Of a stretch of 64,000 nucleotides of DNA, positions 1-12,498 are shown piece by piece; position 1 is the stretch's first letter, and each line of letters opens with the position of its first letter. The notes below the pieces were generated by a model. The model worked only from the letters and a program-made list of their open reading frames with translations. It ran no database searches and was not told the DNA's origin. The position numbers and the translations under genes are program-made. This DNA comes from Octopus sinensis (lineage: Eukaryota), in contig NC_043001.1 in assembly GCF_006345805.1 (NCBI RefSeq), positions 104,346,001 through 104,410,000 of the forward strand, written 5' to 3'.

Positions 1-640
1 TATTCAGTTTTGGATGCTGGTAGCACAGGGCTTGGAATTTTTCAGCATTAAACTGCATATTATTATCCTCAGCCCATTTGTAAATTGAGTCCAACATCTG
101 CTGCAGATGTGCAACATTGCTGGGGTTCTGTATTTTCTGCAAGACTTTCATATCATCTGTGTAGCCTGCAAGGGTGGCTATCCGGGCACTTGAGGGCATA
201 TCTGAGAAGGCCACTATAAAAAGCAGTGGTCCCAAGACAGTGCCCTGTGGAACACCGCTCACTATTTGTGTTTTCATAGAGGCGGCTCCATTAACCACTA
301 CTGCCTGACTCCTATCTTTCAGAAAGTCATGTAACCCACTCTCCAAGTTTTCCAGCTATGCCGAGATCATGCAGTTTGTGGCATATCATACCATGATCCA
401 CCTTGTCAAAAGCTTTTGCAAAATCAAGGTACATTACGTGCACATTTGAGTTGTTGAGTAACTGCCTCAACACCCAGTCATAATGTTGTAAGAGCTGGGT
501 CAAGCAGCTCCTACCTGGTCGAAAGCCATACTGGGTATCATTCAGCAAATTATTTTCTTCAAGGAATGCGATTAGTTTCCCTCTGACTATTCGTTCCATG
601 ACATTGTTGATGTGTGAAGTTTTTCTGGAAAAAGTGAAAA
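1..640 (-). mobile_element. CR1/L2-type non-LTR retrotransposon RT fragment, frameshifted
   Basis: QYGFRPGRSCLTQLL, YLDFAKAFDKVDH, then after a +1 frameshift SGVPQGTVLGPLLF and YTDD motifs. Confidence 0.9.
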
Positions 641-767
641 GTAAGGGGGGGGGAGGGGGGGTAATTGAAATTTTGAAAATGCGAATTTTGAAAATCTAGC
701 CACAGTTAGAATGCTTTTGATATGTCTGACACTCTTAGAGATATTAATTAGGAAAAAAAGAACTTAC

Positions 768-880
768 TCATTTGTTCCTTCAGTTATGTCATTCGTTACA
801 TTATTTTTGCCCTTCAGTCGAGTCACATCATGCTTTTTGGTCGCATAGCGTGGAATATTAGCAACGATATTCTCAATTTC
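768..880 (-). CDS. Candidate 113-nt exon EIENIVANIPRYATKKHDVTRLKGKNNVTNDITEGTN(E/D), phase 0>2; N-terminal part resembles exon X
   Basis: cctttgattttccag acceptor and TGA|gtaagt donor, open frame (part of ORF 764..1024). Confidence 0.55.
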
Positions 881-1109
881 CTGGAAAATCAAAGGATGAA
901 AAATTTCCAAATTGAAAATAATTAAGGACGTGGTAACAACAACAGTGCAATCATTGTCACCATCTTCATCATAACAAAAGACAAAGGCATGGAAGGGGAA
1001 GAGTATAAAAATAATAATTCCCAAGGCTTAGAAGTTTCCTAGAGAAAGATATAATAAATAGTAATGTGTAGAAATCTCTTCAGTACCATTAAATATGAGA
1101 AACAAAGTC

Positions 1110-1392
1110 AAACAGAAATTAAGCCAGTGATTATGAATATGATGGCAGTGATTGGTTGATAATGCTGATGATGATGAAGCTGATAATGTTGATATTGGTG
1201 ATGATGGCAGAGATTGGTTGATAATGCTGATGATGTCAGAGACTGGCTGATAATGCTACTGCTGATGAAACTGATAATGTTGATAATGCTGCTGATGATA
1301 ATGCTGATAATGTTGATAAAGCAGACAATGGCAGGAATTGGTTGATAATGCAGATAATGGCAGTAATTGGTTGGTAATGCTGATGGTGAAGA
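1110..1392. repeat. Degenerate GAT/ATAATGCTG-rich minisatellite
   Basis: Recurrent gattggttgataatgctgatgatg-like units. Confidence 0.8.
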
Positions 1393-1412
1393 CCAGGACA
1401 GGCAAACCTCAC

Positions 1413-1448
1413 CTTTATTGGCAATTGGTTCCAAAATATGTAACTTAA
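1413..1448 (-). CDS. Candidate 36-nt symmetric exon (LSYIFWNQLPIK in phase 0, or VKLHILEPIANK in phase 1)
   Basis: atcatttttcaag acceptor and AAAG|gtgagg donor. Confidence 0.4.
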
Positions 1449-2058
1449 CTTGAAAAATGATACAACATGGAAAATCATTTAAAAAATTCAATAGTTTAAA
1501 TCCATTTTAATAAATGGCGTGTACATATTTTTATATCATCACCATCATTTAACATCCTTTTTCCATGCTGGTAAGGCAGAAGAGCTGCACCAGGCACCAA
1601 TTGTCTGTTTAAGCATGTTTATACAGCTGGATGCTCTTCCTAATGCCAACCATGCTACAGAGTGTACTGGGTGCTTCTTACGTGATGCCAACACAGGTGC
1701 CTTTTGCATGTATTTTATATGATTTTCCACTTCAGTATTGGGTTTTAGGTGGTTTTTTTAAAAATTTGTTTTTAAATGTTTGCTGAGACAGATGTAATGT
1801 CAAATAAATTGAATAAAGCTAAGGTTTCTTTTTTCACCATTAATTTCTTTAAAGGGACATTACTAGAATTGACATAAGTTGAGGTATGCCTGTACATGTT
1901 TTCCTAAGTTGCTGCAAATAGCTTAACAGTATCTATCTGTTTGGAACAATTCCTTTCATTGATTGCTACAAGGTCTGGTCAATCATATCACAAACTTTAC
2001 ACTGAATGAATATATTTTCATCCATCAAATTTACAACAGGTCTTCCCTCCTCCCTTAA

Positions 2059-2872
2059 TCCTTTCATTACTATATTCCTAATTAAAACACACTCCTTATG
2101 AGTTTAAATTAAATTTTTAAATAATCATGAATTAAGACTGGTTTCATTAAACAACTGTAACTTTTTTATTTATTGACATGTTAATGTGATTTTTGGAGCA
2201 CAATTGAAGAAAAGGTTCTTAATTCTATTGCATAACGACTCTAATTACAATTAAGTACATGGAAACCACAAGCTGTCTTTTTTTCTCAGTTAGTTTATTT
2301 TCTGCATAGCGGTTTGTTTTCATAGTGATTGCTTCAACTTATGTTTGCTTGATTTTTTCCCTATCCTCTGTTGAAAAGCCATCAAATTCAGAGTCACTGT
2401 TTTATAGCATAAAATTGTTACCGATTTTAAAAGTTGAAAAAAAAATCGCTAAAGAAAAAATGTGGAAAAAATCTCGCAAAATTCGCACAGCTTAGATATC
2501 ACATGAAACAATATCAGATATTGTAACTCAACTATTTACAAAGTAAAATCACATGTTTTCATGAATGTACTGAAGAGATTTGTGCTGAAATTCACATTTA
2601 AATATCAATGGGTTTTGGAAAATTACTATTTTTAAATCTCACAATGAGAGATATTCAGCAACAGTACATTGTAGTAAAGATTGTTTGCCAACATAACATG
2701 GCAGTCTTGGTTTAGGACGAATGTTGTTAAATTACAGCAACATTCATCCTAAACCAGGACTGCCATGTTATGTTGGCAAATAATCTTTACTATCAATGGG
2801 TTTGTTCAGTCAGTTTCGACTGCGTTGGTCATTTGAGCCAAAAAATTTCTGGCCAGGCTGGTAATGAAAGGG
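2059..2872. mobile_element. piggyBac-type non-autonomous element (MITE)
   Basis: TTAA on both sides; TIRs (T/C)CCTTTCATTAC ... GTAATGAAAGGG. Confidence 0.75.
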
Positions 2873-4089
2873 TTAATGATTATTATTCCGTTCCTCTATG
2901 TTAACAGATGGTGGGGTGAAGGTGCAGTAATGTTTCTGGCTCAAAATTTGCACTGTGGGATATTATCTTGTTGTAAGAGGAAAACACTGACTGACATATC
3001 TTTTTAATCGGTTACAACGTTCTTTGTTTATAGCCCCTTTTTAAATAAATTTTCACCAATACCTAGGTTTTGTACCACTTATTACTTGGATAGGGAGACA
3101 GAGACCATTTGAAGAACAGTTTTTCTACTTTCAAGGGAACATCTACATGGTCATTCAATCTACTAAAATTAATAACCAAGGTTCCAGCAACTCATGTCCT
3201 TGTTGTAAAACCAATGGAAGGACACTGGATGGTTATCCTAGATGCACTATGTCTTAAAGGAACAACTTTGGCCATTATCTAATCCAGTAGTTCTCAACCA
3301 TTTTTTGCCTATGGACCCTTTTGATTGCTATTTTACTAGGATAAACTCTCATAATCATTCCATGTTTGAAATATCTTATATTTTCATAATTAAATATTAT
3401 TGGGAACTGTATTTTTTTTTTACTTGTTTCAGTCATTTGATTGTGGCCATATTGGAGCATCACCTTAAAGGGAGTTAGTTGAAGAAATCGACCCCAGGAC
3501 TTATTCTTTGTAAGCCTAGTACTTATTCTGTTGGTCTCTTTTGCTGAACTGCCTAGTTATGGGGACACAGACACACTAGCATCAGTTGTCAAGTGATGGT
3601 AGGGGGACAAACACAAATACATACAAATCATCATCATCATTTAATGTCCACTTTCCATGGTGGCATGCCGACTGAGGACTGGCAAGCCAGGAGGCTGCAC
3701 CAGGCTCCAATCTGATCCAGCAAGGTTTCTACAGCTGGATGCCCTTCCTAATGCCAACCACTCTGAGAGTGTAGTGGGTGCTTTTTACGTGCCACTGGCA
3801 CTGACCACACTTCTATGGTGCCTTTTACATGTACAACGGGCTGTTTCTGTCTACCAAATCCACTTACAAGGCTTTGGTTGGCCTGAGGCTATAGTAGAAA
3901 AAATTGTTAAAATATAATCAGTTTACTGCAGATAAATTTGAACAAAATCTTGTATGGAAGCCCAGTTGAGAACCATTCGTCCACTGAATCAAAACTGATA
4001 TGGGAGTGAAACAACAACAGCAGTAGCAGCAGCAGCAGCAGCCGCCACCGCTACTGCTGCTACTTTAGCGTAATGTTAATGTTTCTTTC

Positions 4090-4330
4090 TTGAACCATGC
4101 CAGGCTCTTGAGGGCTGGTTTCCCAGTTTCAATGACGACTATATTCCCCACCTGTATGGGACACCAGTCTGTTGCAGGATAACTCATTCTTGCCAGCTGA
4201 GTGGACTGGAGCAACGTGAAAATGAAGTGTTTTGCTCAAGAACACAATGCATCACCCAGTCCAGGAATTGAAATCACAATCTTCCGATCATAAGTCCAAC
4301 ACCCTAACCACTCAGCCACATGCCTCCACA
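4090..4330 (-). mobile_element. tRNA-derived SINE
   Basis: Reverse strand begins ggaggcatgtggctgagtggttagggtg (A-box-like), with a B-box-like tcaattcctgg and a gtgttcttgagcaaaacact core. Confidence 0.7.
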
Positions 4331-4398
4331 ATTTTAGTGTAAAAGGTAGTCTAAATAATGAAGAAAGCCAACTGTGAAGTAGGCATTGTTTTACAAAC

Positions 4399-4444
4399 CT
4401 TGATTAATAAATCTATTTGCAGGAAATAGTTATCCAGTTTAAAC
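4399..4444 (-). CDS. Candidate 46-nt exon FKLDNYFLQIDLLIK, phase 2>0
   Basis: attttgttttacag acceptor and AAG|gtttgt donor. Phase-compatible with the 11.3-kb exon upstream and the 1.4/0.8-kb exons downstream. Confidence 0.45.
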
Positions 4445-4744
4445 CTGTAAAACAAAATTGAATAGTTACTGACATGTGACTTCAGATTTAGGGAGAAAAA
4501 TAGAGTTGATTAATTTGATGTCAGTATATCACTGGTATTTATTTTATTAGCCCCCAAATGACAAAAGGTGAGGCCAGCAGCAATAAGATTTGAATCAACA
4601 GAATAAAATTGTAAATTGGCAGAAACAAAATATCACTAAACATTTTACAAGACACTAGTTTTACAGCCAAATTAGTGAATATCATTAATCTACTCATAAT
4701 GTATGCATGTGCATGTGTGGTGTTTGTAAAATGTATATATATAT

Positions 4745-5180
4745 ATCATCATCATCATCATCATCATTTAGCATCCGCTTTCCATGCTAGCATGGGTTGG
4801 ACGGTTCAACTGGGGTCTGGGAAGCCAGAAGGCTGCACCAGGCCCAGTCTGATCTGGCAGTGTTTCTATGGCTGGATGCCCTTCTTAACGCCAACTACTC
4901 CGTGAGTGTAGTGGGTGCTTTTTACGTGCCACCCGCACAGGTGCCAGACGGGCCTGGCAAACGGCCACGGACGGATGGTGCTTTTTACCTGCCACTGGCA
5001 CGAGGGCCAGGCAAGGCTGGCAATGGCCACAATTGGATGGTACTTTTTACGTGCCACCGGCACGGAGGCCAGTCGGGGCGGCGCTGGCCACGGCCACGAT
5101 CGGATGGTTCGCTTACGTGTCACCGGCACTGGTATCGCAGCTGCAATTTCCATTGATGTTGATCGACTTCGATTTTGGTT
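4745..5180 (-). mobile_element. 5'-truncated RTE LINE 3'UTR with (GAT)n tail and internal ~40-bp repeats; the most abundant repeat here (also ~1540, 3626, 6745, 9230, 9762, 10072, 12100, 13445, 16283, 16745, 16984, 23180, 25780, 30330, 32150, 34850, 37010, 38315, 45642, 59127)
   Basis: The same sequence directly follows the RTE ORF2 C-terminus at 42780-43190 and at 10072-11125, 44250-45605 and 49630-51400. Confidence 0.85.
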
Positions 5181-5370
5181 CTGATTTATATATATATATA
5201 TATAATAATTAGTATTTTGGACTAATAGGTATAAGTTGATTAATGTGTTTAAATGTTGAGTAGAGTACTGGCACAGTTTAGGCTACAAATTGTCATCTGC
5301 AGTCGTGCTATACTCCCTTTGGATCTATTTCAGGAATTCTGCAATGTTAGTTAGGGTAATTATATTAATT

Positions 5371-5524
5371 AAGTAACAAGAAGGTGGATTTACTACTAAA
5401 CTTTATTCAGTAGAATGTTTCTTTCCGCCTGTCCTACCATTGTCCTTTATAAAGGACAACAGCAGGACAGGTCGAAACGAATGTTGTACAAAGTGAAGTT
5501 TAATACCAAATCCATCTTCTCATT

Positions 5525-5528
<4 letters not shown>
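5371..5528. repeat. Imperfect 158-bp palindrome (foldback) centred at 5449/5450
   Basis: Perfect core ttgtcctttataaaggacaa; arms aagtaacaagaaggtggattt / aaatccatcttctcattactt. Confidence 0.8.
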
Positions 5529-5571
<43 letters not shown>

Positions 5572-5704
5572 AAATTCAATAAAGGAAGAGAGATTCAGGT
5601 ATCAAGTTATTTCTGGTCAAAACCAACACATATTCAAGCTGAGAGCATAACAATATATATACATATATATTTATTATATCACATATATTTTTCTTCATAC
5701 AGTC

Positions 5705-5761
<57 letters not shown>

Positions 5762-6010
5762 TTGTGGTGAAATCCTGACACCCCTGTGGGATACCAAGTC
5801 AGCTGTCCTAAACCTTTTAAAAGGTGCATGTGTACTGACAGTGAGAGGTACAGTATGGTACATGCAGATGCTTTGTGAAGACAGTCAGAGAAGTCGTTGA
5901 GAAGAGACTGGAATTACGTATTGGTCATTTGTTAAATGAGTATACCAGAAATGCACAATTACAATAAAACATCATAACACACACACACATATATATATAT
6001 ATATACATAA

Positions 6011-6052
<42 letters not shown>

Positions 6053-6056
<4 letters not shown>

Positions 6057-6482
6057 AGCAGATAAGTTGAATGCTTATTTATTTATTTATTTTCACTTCC
6101 CCATCAATCATACATGCTTTCTTATCTATCTAACTATTTTTAACTAATTTCTATATCTATCTAATTATTTTAACTAATTTATCCATTACCCATCTCGCCT
6201 CTCGTGTATTCATCAACCATCGTGTATTCGCGCCTTCTTCCTCCGGACAATCTTTACTTAAAAAACGCAGCCCCAAACTTCTGCTCTTACATTCATTCAT
6301 TCATCTAGCAGATAAGTTGAATGCTTATTTATTTATTTATTTTCACTTCCCCATCAATCATACATGCTTTCTTATCTATCTAACTATTTTTAACTAATTT
6401 CTATATCTATCTAATTATTTTAACTAATTTATCCATTACCCATCTCGCCTCTCGTGTATTCATCAACCATCGTGTATTCGCG
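6053..6482. repeat. 180-bp direct duplication (6053-6232 and 6303-6482)
   Basis: Both copies run atctagcagataagttg...cgtgtattcgcg and appear identical. Confidence 0.9.
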
Positions 6483-7739
6483 GTGCACCCGCCCTGCCCA
6501 CCCCCACCACCAATACCGGATATCTCTATATTTTTGCTCCATCCATACCGGATGTCGCTTCTCCCACCACCATAATAGGTGTCTACTCTTCGAACCCCCC
6601 TCTTCAATACGCTATTTCACCATGCATTACCCCTCTCTTGATATCCTATGTTCTACTTGCCTAGAACCTGTCATCATTTCTCTGAACCACCCCTCCCCAC
6701 TGGTGCTCCCCTATATTTCTGCACCCCCCCCCACATAAAAAAGCACCATCCGAACGTGGCCGATGCCAGACCCCTCTGGCACCTGTGCAGGTGGCACGTA
6801 AAAAACACCCACTACACTTGCGGAGTGGTTGGCGTTAGGAAGGGCATCCAGCCGTAGAAACTCTGCCAGACTAGACTGGAGCCTGGGGCAGTCCCTAGCT
6901 CCCCAGACCCCGGTCGAAACCGTCCAACACGTGCTAGCGCGGAAAACGGACGTTAAACGATGATGATGATGATGATGATGATATACACATGCATATATAT
7001 ACATATGCACATATATATATGCATACTTACATATATATACACACACACACATATATATATATACACACATATATACATACATACACACATACACATATAC
7101 ACACACACATACACACACACACATATATACAAGAGTTACAGAATGGAGCAGATAAGATCTGGGCTACATATGTTTCATAGTAAGCAGAACCTCAGAAGTG
7201 GTAAATATCCAGGCAAGGTGTCTACCACAGGCTACTCTTCTGGCCAAGGGCATCTTGATTAAATGAATGTTTACATTACAGCAAGGAGGCACATGTTAAT
7301 GCAACCCTGGTTGCCTATCATGAAAAACAAAAAAGATTTTTTTTCAGCTTATCATACTTCAATACGTAAAAAAAAAATCCACAACCTTCCCTCTCAATAA
7401 ACCACTGTTGTCCTTGTAAATTGTTTTTCATGTTTACTACGGATTGCTTGAAGCTAACTTTCTTCCTACACCTCGATCCTCGGATCTTACATTTATAAAT
7501 ATATATATAAAGTGTGAGAGAAAGAATTTTATGTAATGACAAGTTTATTTAGCAAGAGAATAAAAAAGGAGGAGGTTTGTCAATGTTGTACAGTGTGAGG
7601 ACCAAGGCAATGTATCAGAGAAAATTGTGATGCTTTGGGAGAGAAGTATGTATGTATGGATAATGGTATATTTGCACTTACTGACTCTGAAAAGAAGGAG
7701 CCGTGGCAATGAAAGGCTGTTAAACATGAAGAATGATTG

Positions 7740-9215
7740 GGAGAAAGGTGCACCAGCTATCCTAGTAAGCAGTACAGAAAAGTGTCATACGCAATGACTG
7801 GTGGAGCAGTGGTATAGTAAGTTGTTACAAGGATAAAAGAGATATCTTACAGAAGCATCAAACTGTTGGACCAAATCATGAAAGTTGTATAAAACGTAAC
7901 AGCTAAATTAATTAGAAACAGAATTAAACTTGACAAGATGCAGTATGTTTTTGTGTAGAGAAGTACTACTGATGCCCCTTCTTTGTCACACAACTGTATA
8001 AGTATTTAACTAAAAGTAAGCCATTATACTTGGCATTCATCGACCACCATACTCTGTGAGCTGGTGGTCTCTTAAGAAGCTAAAGGTAGATAACTGGCTT
8101 GTGTCATACAAGCCATGTACATGGGTACAGCCAGTTAAGGTGAAAGTTAGTCATGAATAGAGATGAATTTAGAATACAAGTAGGTGTCCAGTAGGACTCA
8201 GTTCTTTGTCTCCTCTTATTCATCATTATCCTAGCAGAGGAATTTAAAATCAGCTGCCCTTGGGAACTACTATAATGCTGATGACCTCATTCTCATAGTG
8301 GAATCTGCAATAGAATCCAGGTGTGGAAGCAAGAGCTGGAACAAAGGCCTTGAAGTTAACTAAGTAAAGACTAAAGTTTTGGCTAACAGCAAAGCAGAGA
8401 GGATTCTACTCTCTTCAGGTAAACGGTTCTGCTGGATACGTAGGAAAACTGTACCCAGTGAAAAGTTATGGACACACAAGAGATGCAGTGGAATCACTGA
8501 TAGTTAATGGAAAAAGTAGTATTAGTGAGAGGAAAATGTACAAGAGCAACAAACACTAAGGATACACTGGAAATAAATTTTCTGAAACACCTTGGAGGCT
8601 CCCTAGAAGTAGTAGATAGTTTCAGTTACCCAATTGACCTAATTAGTAGTGGCAGAGGATGATCTGAAAGTATAGTTGCTAGAATAGGAAGAGGATGGAG
8701 AAAGTTCAGAGCGCTATTACCTCTGTTGACAACAAGAGGTCTCTCTCTCAGAGTGAAAAGCAGATTGTATGATGCTTGTATAAGAACAGCAATGTACAAG
8801 AATAGCAGTGAGATGTGGGCTGTGACTACAGAGGGCATGTGAAGACGAGAGAGGAATGAAAGTAATATGTTCCACTGGATGAACAAAGTCACAGTGAACT
8901 CAGTTTTGCTGAGGTGGATGGGTCTTCTTAAGAATCTCATATTGCCAGGCATCTCAGTTCGTTTTCATCTCCTCTATGTGGCCCAACATCTTGAGATTGG
9001 GTCCTCACTACTTCACCCTTGTTTTCTTGGGTTTCTTCTTCCACAAGGGTGGTCAGCACTTCTTTATATAGCTGTCATCATTCATACACATCACACTCTT
9101 CACACTTGCATGCTACATCTGATTTCTCTACTGCCCAACTTTTCTCTTAGCACACTTGCACTTTATCATACTGGCACACTGATGTCACACATCTATCAGA
9201 GCATACTAGCTTCAT
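7740..9215. mobile_element. Degraded RTE ORF2: plus-strand part 7740-8900, inverted 3' part 8960-9215
   Basis: Remnants of GSVLSPLLF, PWELL and LSLRVKxRLYDAC motifs on plus; C-terminal motifs on minus. Confidence 0.75.
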
Positions 9216-10035
9216 TTTATATCTGTATAATCATCATCCTCATTTATTGTCTGTTGTCTATGCTGGCATGGGTTAGACGGTTAGACTGGGGGCTGGCAAG
9301 CTGGAAGGCTACACCAGACTCCAGTCTGATTTGGCATGGTTTCTATAGCTGGATATCCTTCCTAATGCCAACCACTATGAGAGAGTAATGAGTGCTTTTA
9401 CATGACACCAGCACGGGTGTCATTTGTGTAACACTGGTATCTGCCACGACAGTGATTTTCCTCGGCTTGACAGGTCTTCTCAAGCACAACATAATGTCAG
9501 TCATTGCCTCCGTGAGGCCAAGCACTCAAGCCAGAGGTCTCAGTCATTGCCTCTGTGAGACACAACACTCAAAACGAGCTCAGCCACTTTTCCCCCATGA
9601 TGCCCAACACTCAAATAATGCTTCAAATGTCTCAGTCATTGCCTTCATGAGGCCCATATCTGGCATGACTGATTTTGCTTGGCATGAAGGGTTTTCATCT
9701 CAAGCACAACATAATGCCAAAGGTCTTGTTCATTGCCTCTGAAGTATTATATATATATATCATCATCATCATCATCATCATCGTTTAGCGTCCGTTTTCC
9801 ATGCTAGAATGGGTTGGACGGGTCAACTGGGGTCTGTGAAGCTGGAAGGCTTCGTCAGGCCCAGTCAGATCTGGCAGTGTTTCTACGGCTGGATGCCCTT
9901 CCTAACGCCAACCACTCCGCGAGTGTAGTGGGTGTTTTTTACGTGCCACCTGCACAGGTGCCAGACAGAGCTGGCGAACGGCCACGAACGGATGGTGCTT
10001 TTACGTGTCACCGGCACGGGGCCAGGCGATGCTGG

Positions 10036-10071
<36 letters not shown>

Positions 10072-10075
<4 letters not shown>

Positions 10076-11125
10076 TCATCATCATCATCATCATCGTTTA
10101 ACGTCCGTTTTCCTTGCTGGCATGGGTTGGACGGTTCGACTGGGGTCTGGGAAGCCAGGAGGCTGCATCAGGCCCCAATCAGAACTGGTAGTGTTTCTAC
10201 AGCTGGATGTGCTTCCTAACACCAACTACTCTGAGAGTGTAGTGGGTGGTTTTTATGTGCTACTGGCACAAGGGGCCAGAGGAACTGGCATCAACCACGA
10301 CCAGGTGGTGCTTCTTACATGCCACCAGCAAGGAAGCCAGTCAAGGCAGTAATGGCATCAGCCACGTTCAGATGGTGCTTTTTACATACCACCAGCATGG
10401 AGCTCACAACTACAATTTCGATTTGATTTGATTTTGATATTGCTGATGTTGATGAACTAGACTCAATAGGTCTCCTCAAGCATGGCATATCACCCTATGA
10501 TCCAAGGTACTTGTGAGTAGGCTGGTTATGTGACACTAGTGTAGGTTACAGCTGTGGACTCCTTTTATTTGCCAGGTCTTCTCAGTCACAGCATACCTCC
10601 AGAGGTCTCAATCTTTTCTCATTGCCTCTGTGAGGCCCAACATTCGAAGGTCATGCTTCACCACCTCATCTCATGTCTTCCTGGGTCTCCCTCTACCCCG
10701 GATTCCTTCCACTGTTTGGGAGTGGCACTTCTTCACACATCTCTCTTCGTCCATCTGCAGTACATGACCATAACAATGCAAACATCTCTCTTGCACTCCA
10801 CATCCGATGCTTCTTATGTCTACCATTTCTATCAGGGCGCTTACATTCTGTTGTGTGTGCACACTGACATTACACATCCAGCGGATCATGTTAGCTTCAT
10901 TTCTTTCAAGCCTGCGCATGTCTTCAGCAGTCACAGCCCATGTTTTACTGCTGTGATGTATGGCAGTTCACACACCTGCATCATACAGTCTACCTTTCAC
11001 TTTGAGCGAGAGGCCCTTTGTCACCAGTAGGAGTAGAAGATTTCTGAACTTTGCCCAGGCTACTCTTATTTTAGTGGTAACACTCTCTGAGCATCCACCC
11101 ACCACTACAGATTTGGTCACCTAGG
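10072..11125 (-). mobile_element. RTE LINE 3' portion
   Basis: ORF 10671..10934 MTAEDMRRLERNEANMIRWMCNVSV...GRGRPRKT contiguous with the 3'UTR and tail. Confidence 0.9.
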
Positions 11126-11253
11126 TAGCGGAATCTGTATATATATGTGCACACACACACATGCACATATACATATGCATAATATATTTTTGATAGTAAG
11201 AAAGAAGAGATGGATTGACAGACAGAAAGACAGAGAAACAGAGTGACACATAC

Positions 11254-11297
11254 TCTTTATGCTTTGAACTGATGACTGCAAGTTTTTTCATTGTAGG
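11254..11297 (-). CDS. Candidate 44-nt exon PTMKKLAVISSKHK(E), phase 0>2
   Basis: catctttctttttcag acceptor and AGA|gtatgt donor. Only the phase-0 frame is open. Confidence 0.5.
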
Positions 11298-11484
11298 CTG
11301 AAAAAGAAAGATGAAACACAATATTTAAAATTTAAAAATAAAAAGACAAAATATTCACTTTTAAACAAAATTCAATTCAACTCATCAAAAATTTTAAAGG
11401 TTAACATTTATTTCAAAATTCATATTTAATAAAATCTCAGCAAATTTACATTTTTCATTCTTCTGATTTTCATTTTTTTTTGTT

Positions 11485-11963
11485 TAGAATCCAGGTGTGG
11501 AAGCAAAAGCTAGAACAAAGGCCTTGAAGTTAACTAAGTAAAGACTAAAGTTTTAGCTAACAGCAAAGCAGATAGGATTCTACTCTCTTCAGGTAAATGG
11601 TTCTGCTGGATATGTAGGAAAACTGTACCCAGTGAAAAGTTATGGACACACAAGAGATGCAGTGGAATCACTGATAGTTAATGGAAAAAGTAGTATTAGT
11701 AAGAGGAAAACGCACAAGAGCAACAAACACTAAGAATACACTGGAAATAAATTTTCTGAAACACCTTGGAGGCTCCCTAGAAGTAGTAGATAGTTTCTGT
11801 TACCCAATTGACCTAATTAATAGTACTCAGTTTAGGATCCAGGTGTGGAAGCAAAAGCTGTAACAAAGGCCTTGAAGTTAACTAAGTTTTAGCTAACAGC
11901 AAAGTAGATAGGATTCTACTCTCTTCAGGTAAATGGTTCTGCTGGACATGTAGGAAAACTGTA
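11485..11963 (+). repeat. Local duplicates of an RTE fragment (copy of 8311-8650, a second partial copy 11835-11963, a third at ~13224-13410)
   Basis: Near-identical text including shared idiosyncratic deletions. Confidence 0.8.
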
Positions 11964-12408
11964 GGATATCAGTGATTCTCAACTATTTTTTGCCCTTGGA
12001 TGCCTTTTATTCCTATTTCGCTCACTGGATCTCCATAGCCATTCGATATATATATATATCTCATTGTATTTTTATTATTAAATATTATTAGGAACTGTCA
12101 TCATAATCATTTAACAAATGTTGTCCATACTAGTAAGCTGGAAGAGTGCATCAGACCCCTGTCTGATTTGGCATGGGTTCTACAGCTGGATGCCTTTCCT
12201 TAAGCCAACCACTTTGAGAGTGGAACGGGTGCTTTTTAAGCCAGCGGCATGTAAAATGTAAGCAATTTATTGCACATAAATTTTAACAAGAAGATCTTAT
12301 ATGGACTGCCAAGGGCCATATGGACTCTGGTTGAGATCTACTGGTTTATATATTAATTAAAAGAAAAATTTGTAAGTAAACCAAAAGAAGAGAGGTAGTG
12401 GCCATTAC

Positions 12409-12498
12409 TTTTGCAAGCCCTGTTGAAATTATGCAGACAGATTGTTTATGTCTGGAGAAAATCACGGGCAGGGAAAGAACAGGAGGCCTGATTGAATG
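12409..12498 (-). CDS. Weak candidate exon (90 nt HSIRPPVLSLPVIFSRHKQSVCIISTGLAK, or 43 nt from 12451)
   Basis: Two pyrimidine-rich acceptors and an AAA|gtaatg donor ending in phase 0. No paralogous support. Confidence 0.25.

Noticed and set aside
2908-2972. Plus-strand exon-like segment (ttaacag...gtaaga) and a minus-strand candidate at 3086-3162
   Set aside because: No phase-compatible partners or paralogues; such motifs arise by chance in AT-rich DNA.
4797-5156. Recurrent ORFs starting [21 protein letters not shown] (also 9814, 16765, 42807, 59173) that look like a protein family
   Set aside because: They are antisense readings of the RTE 3'UTR; their similarity simply reflects the repeat.
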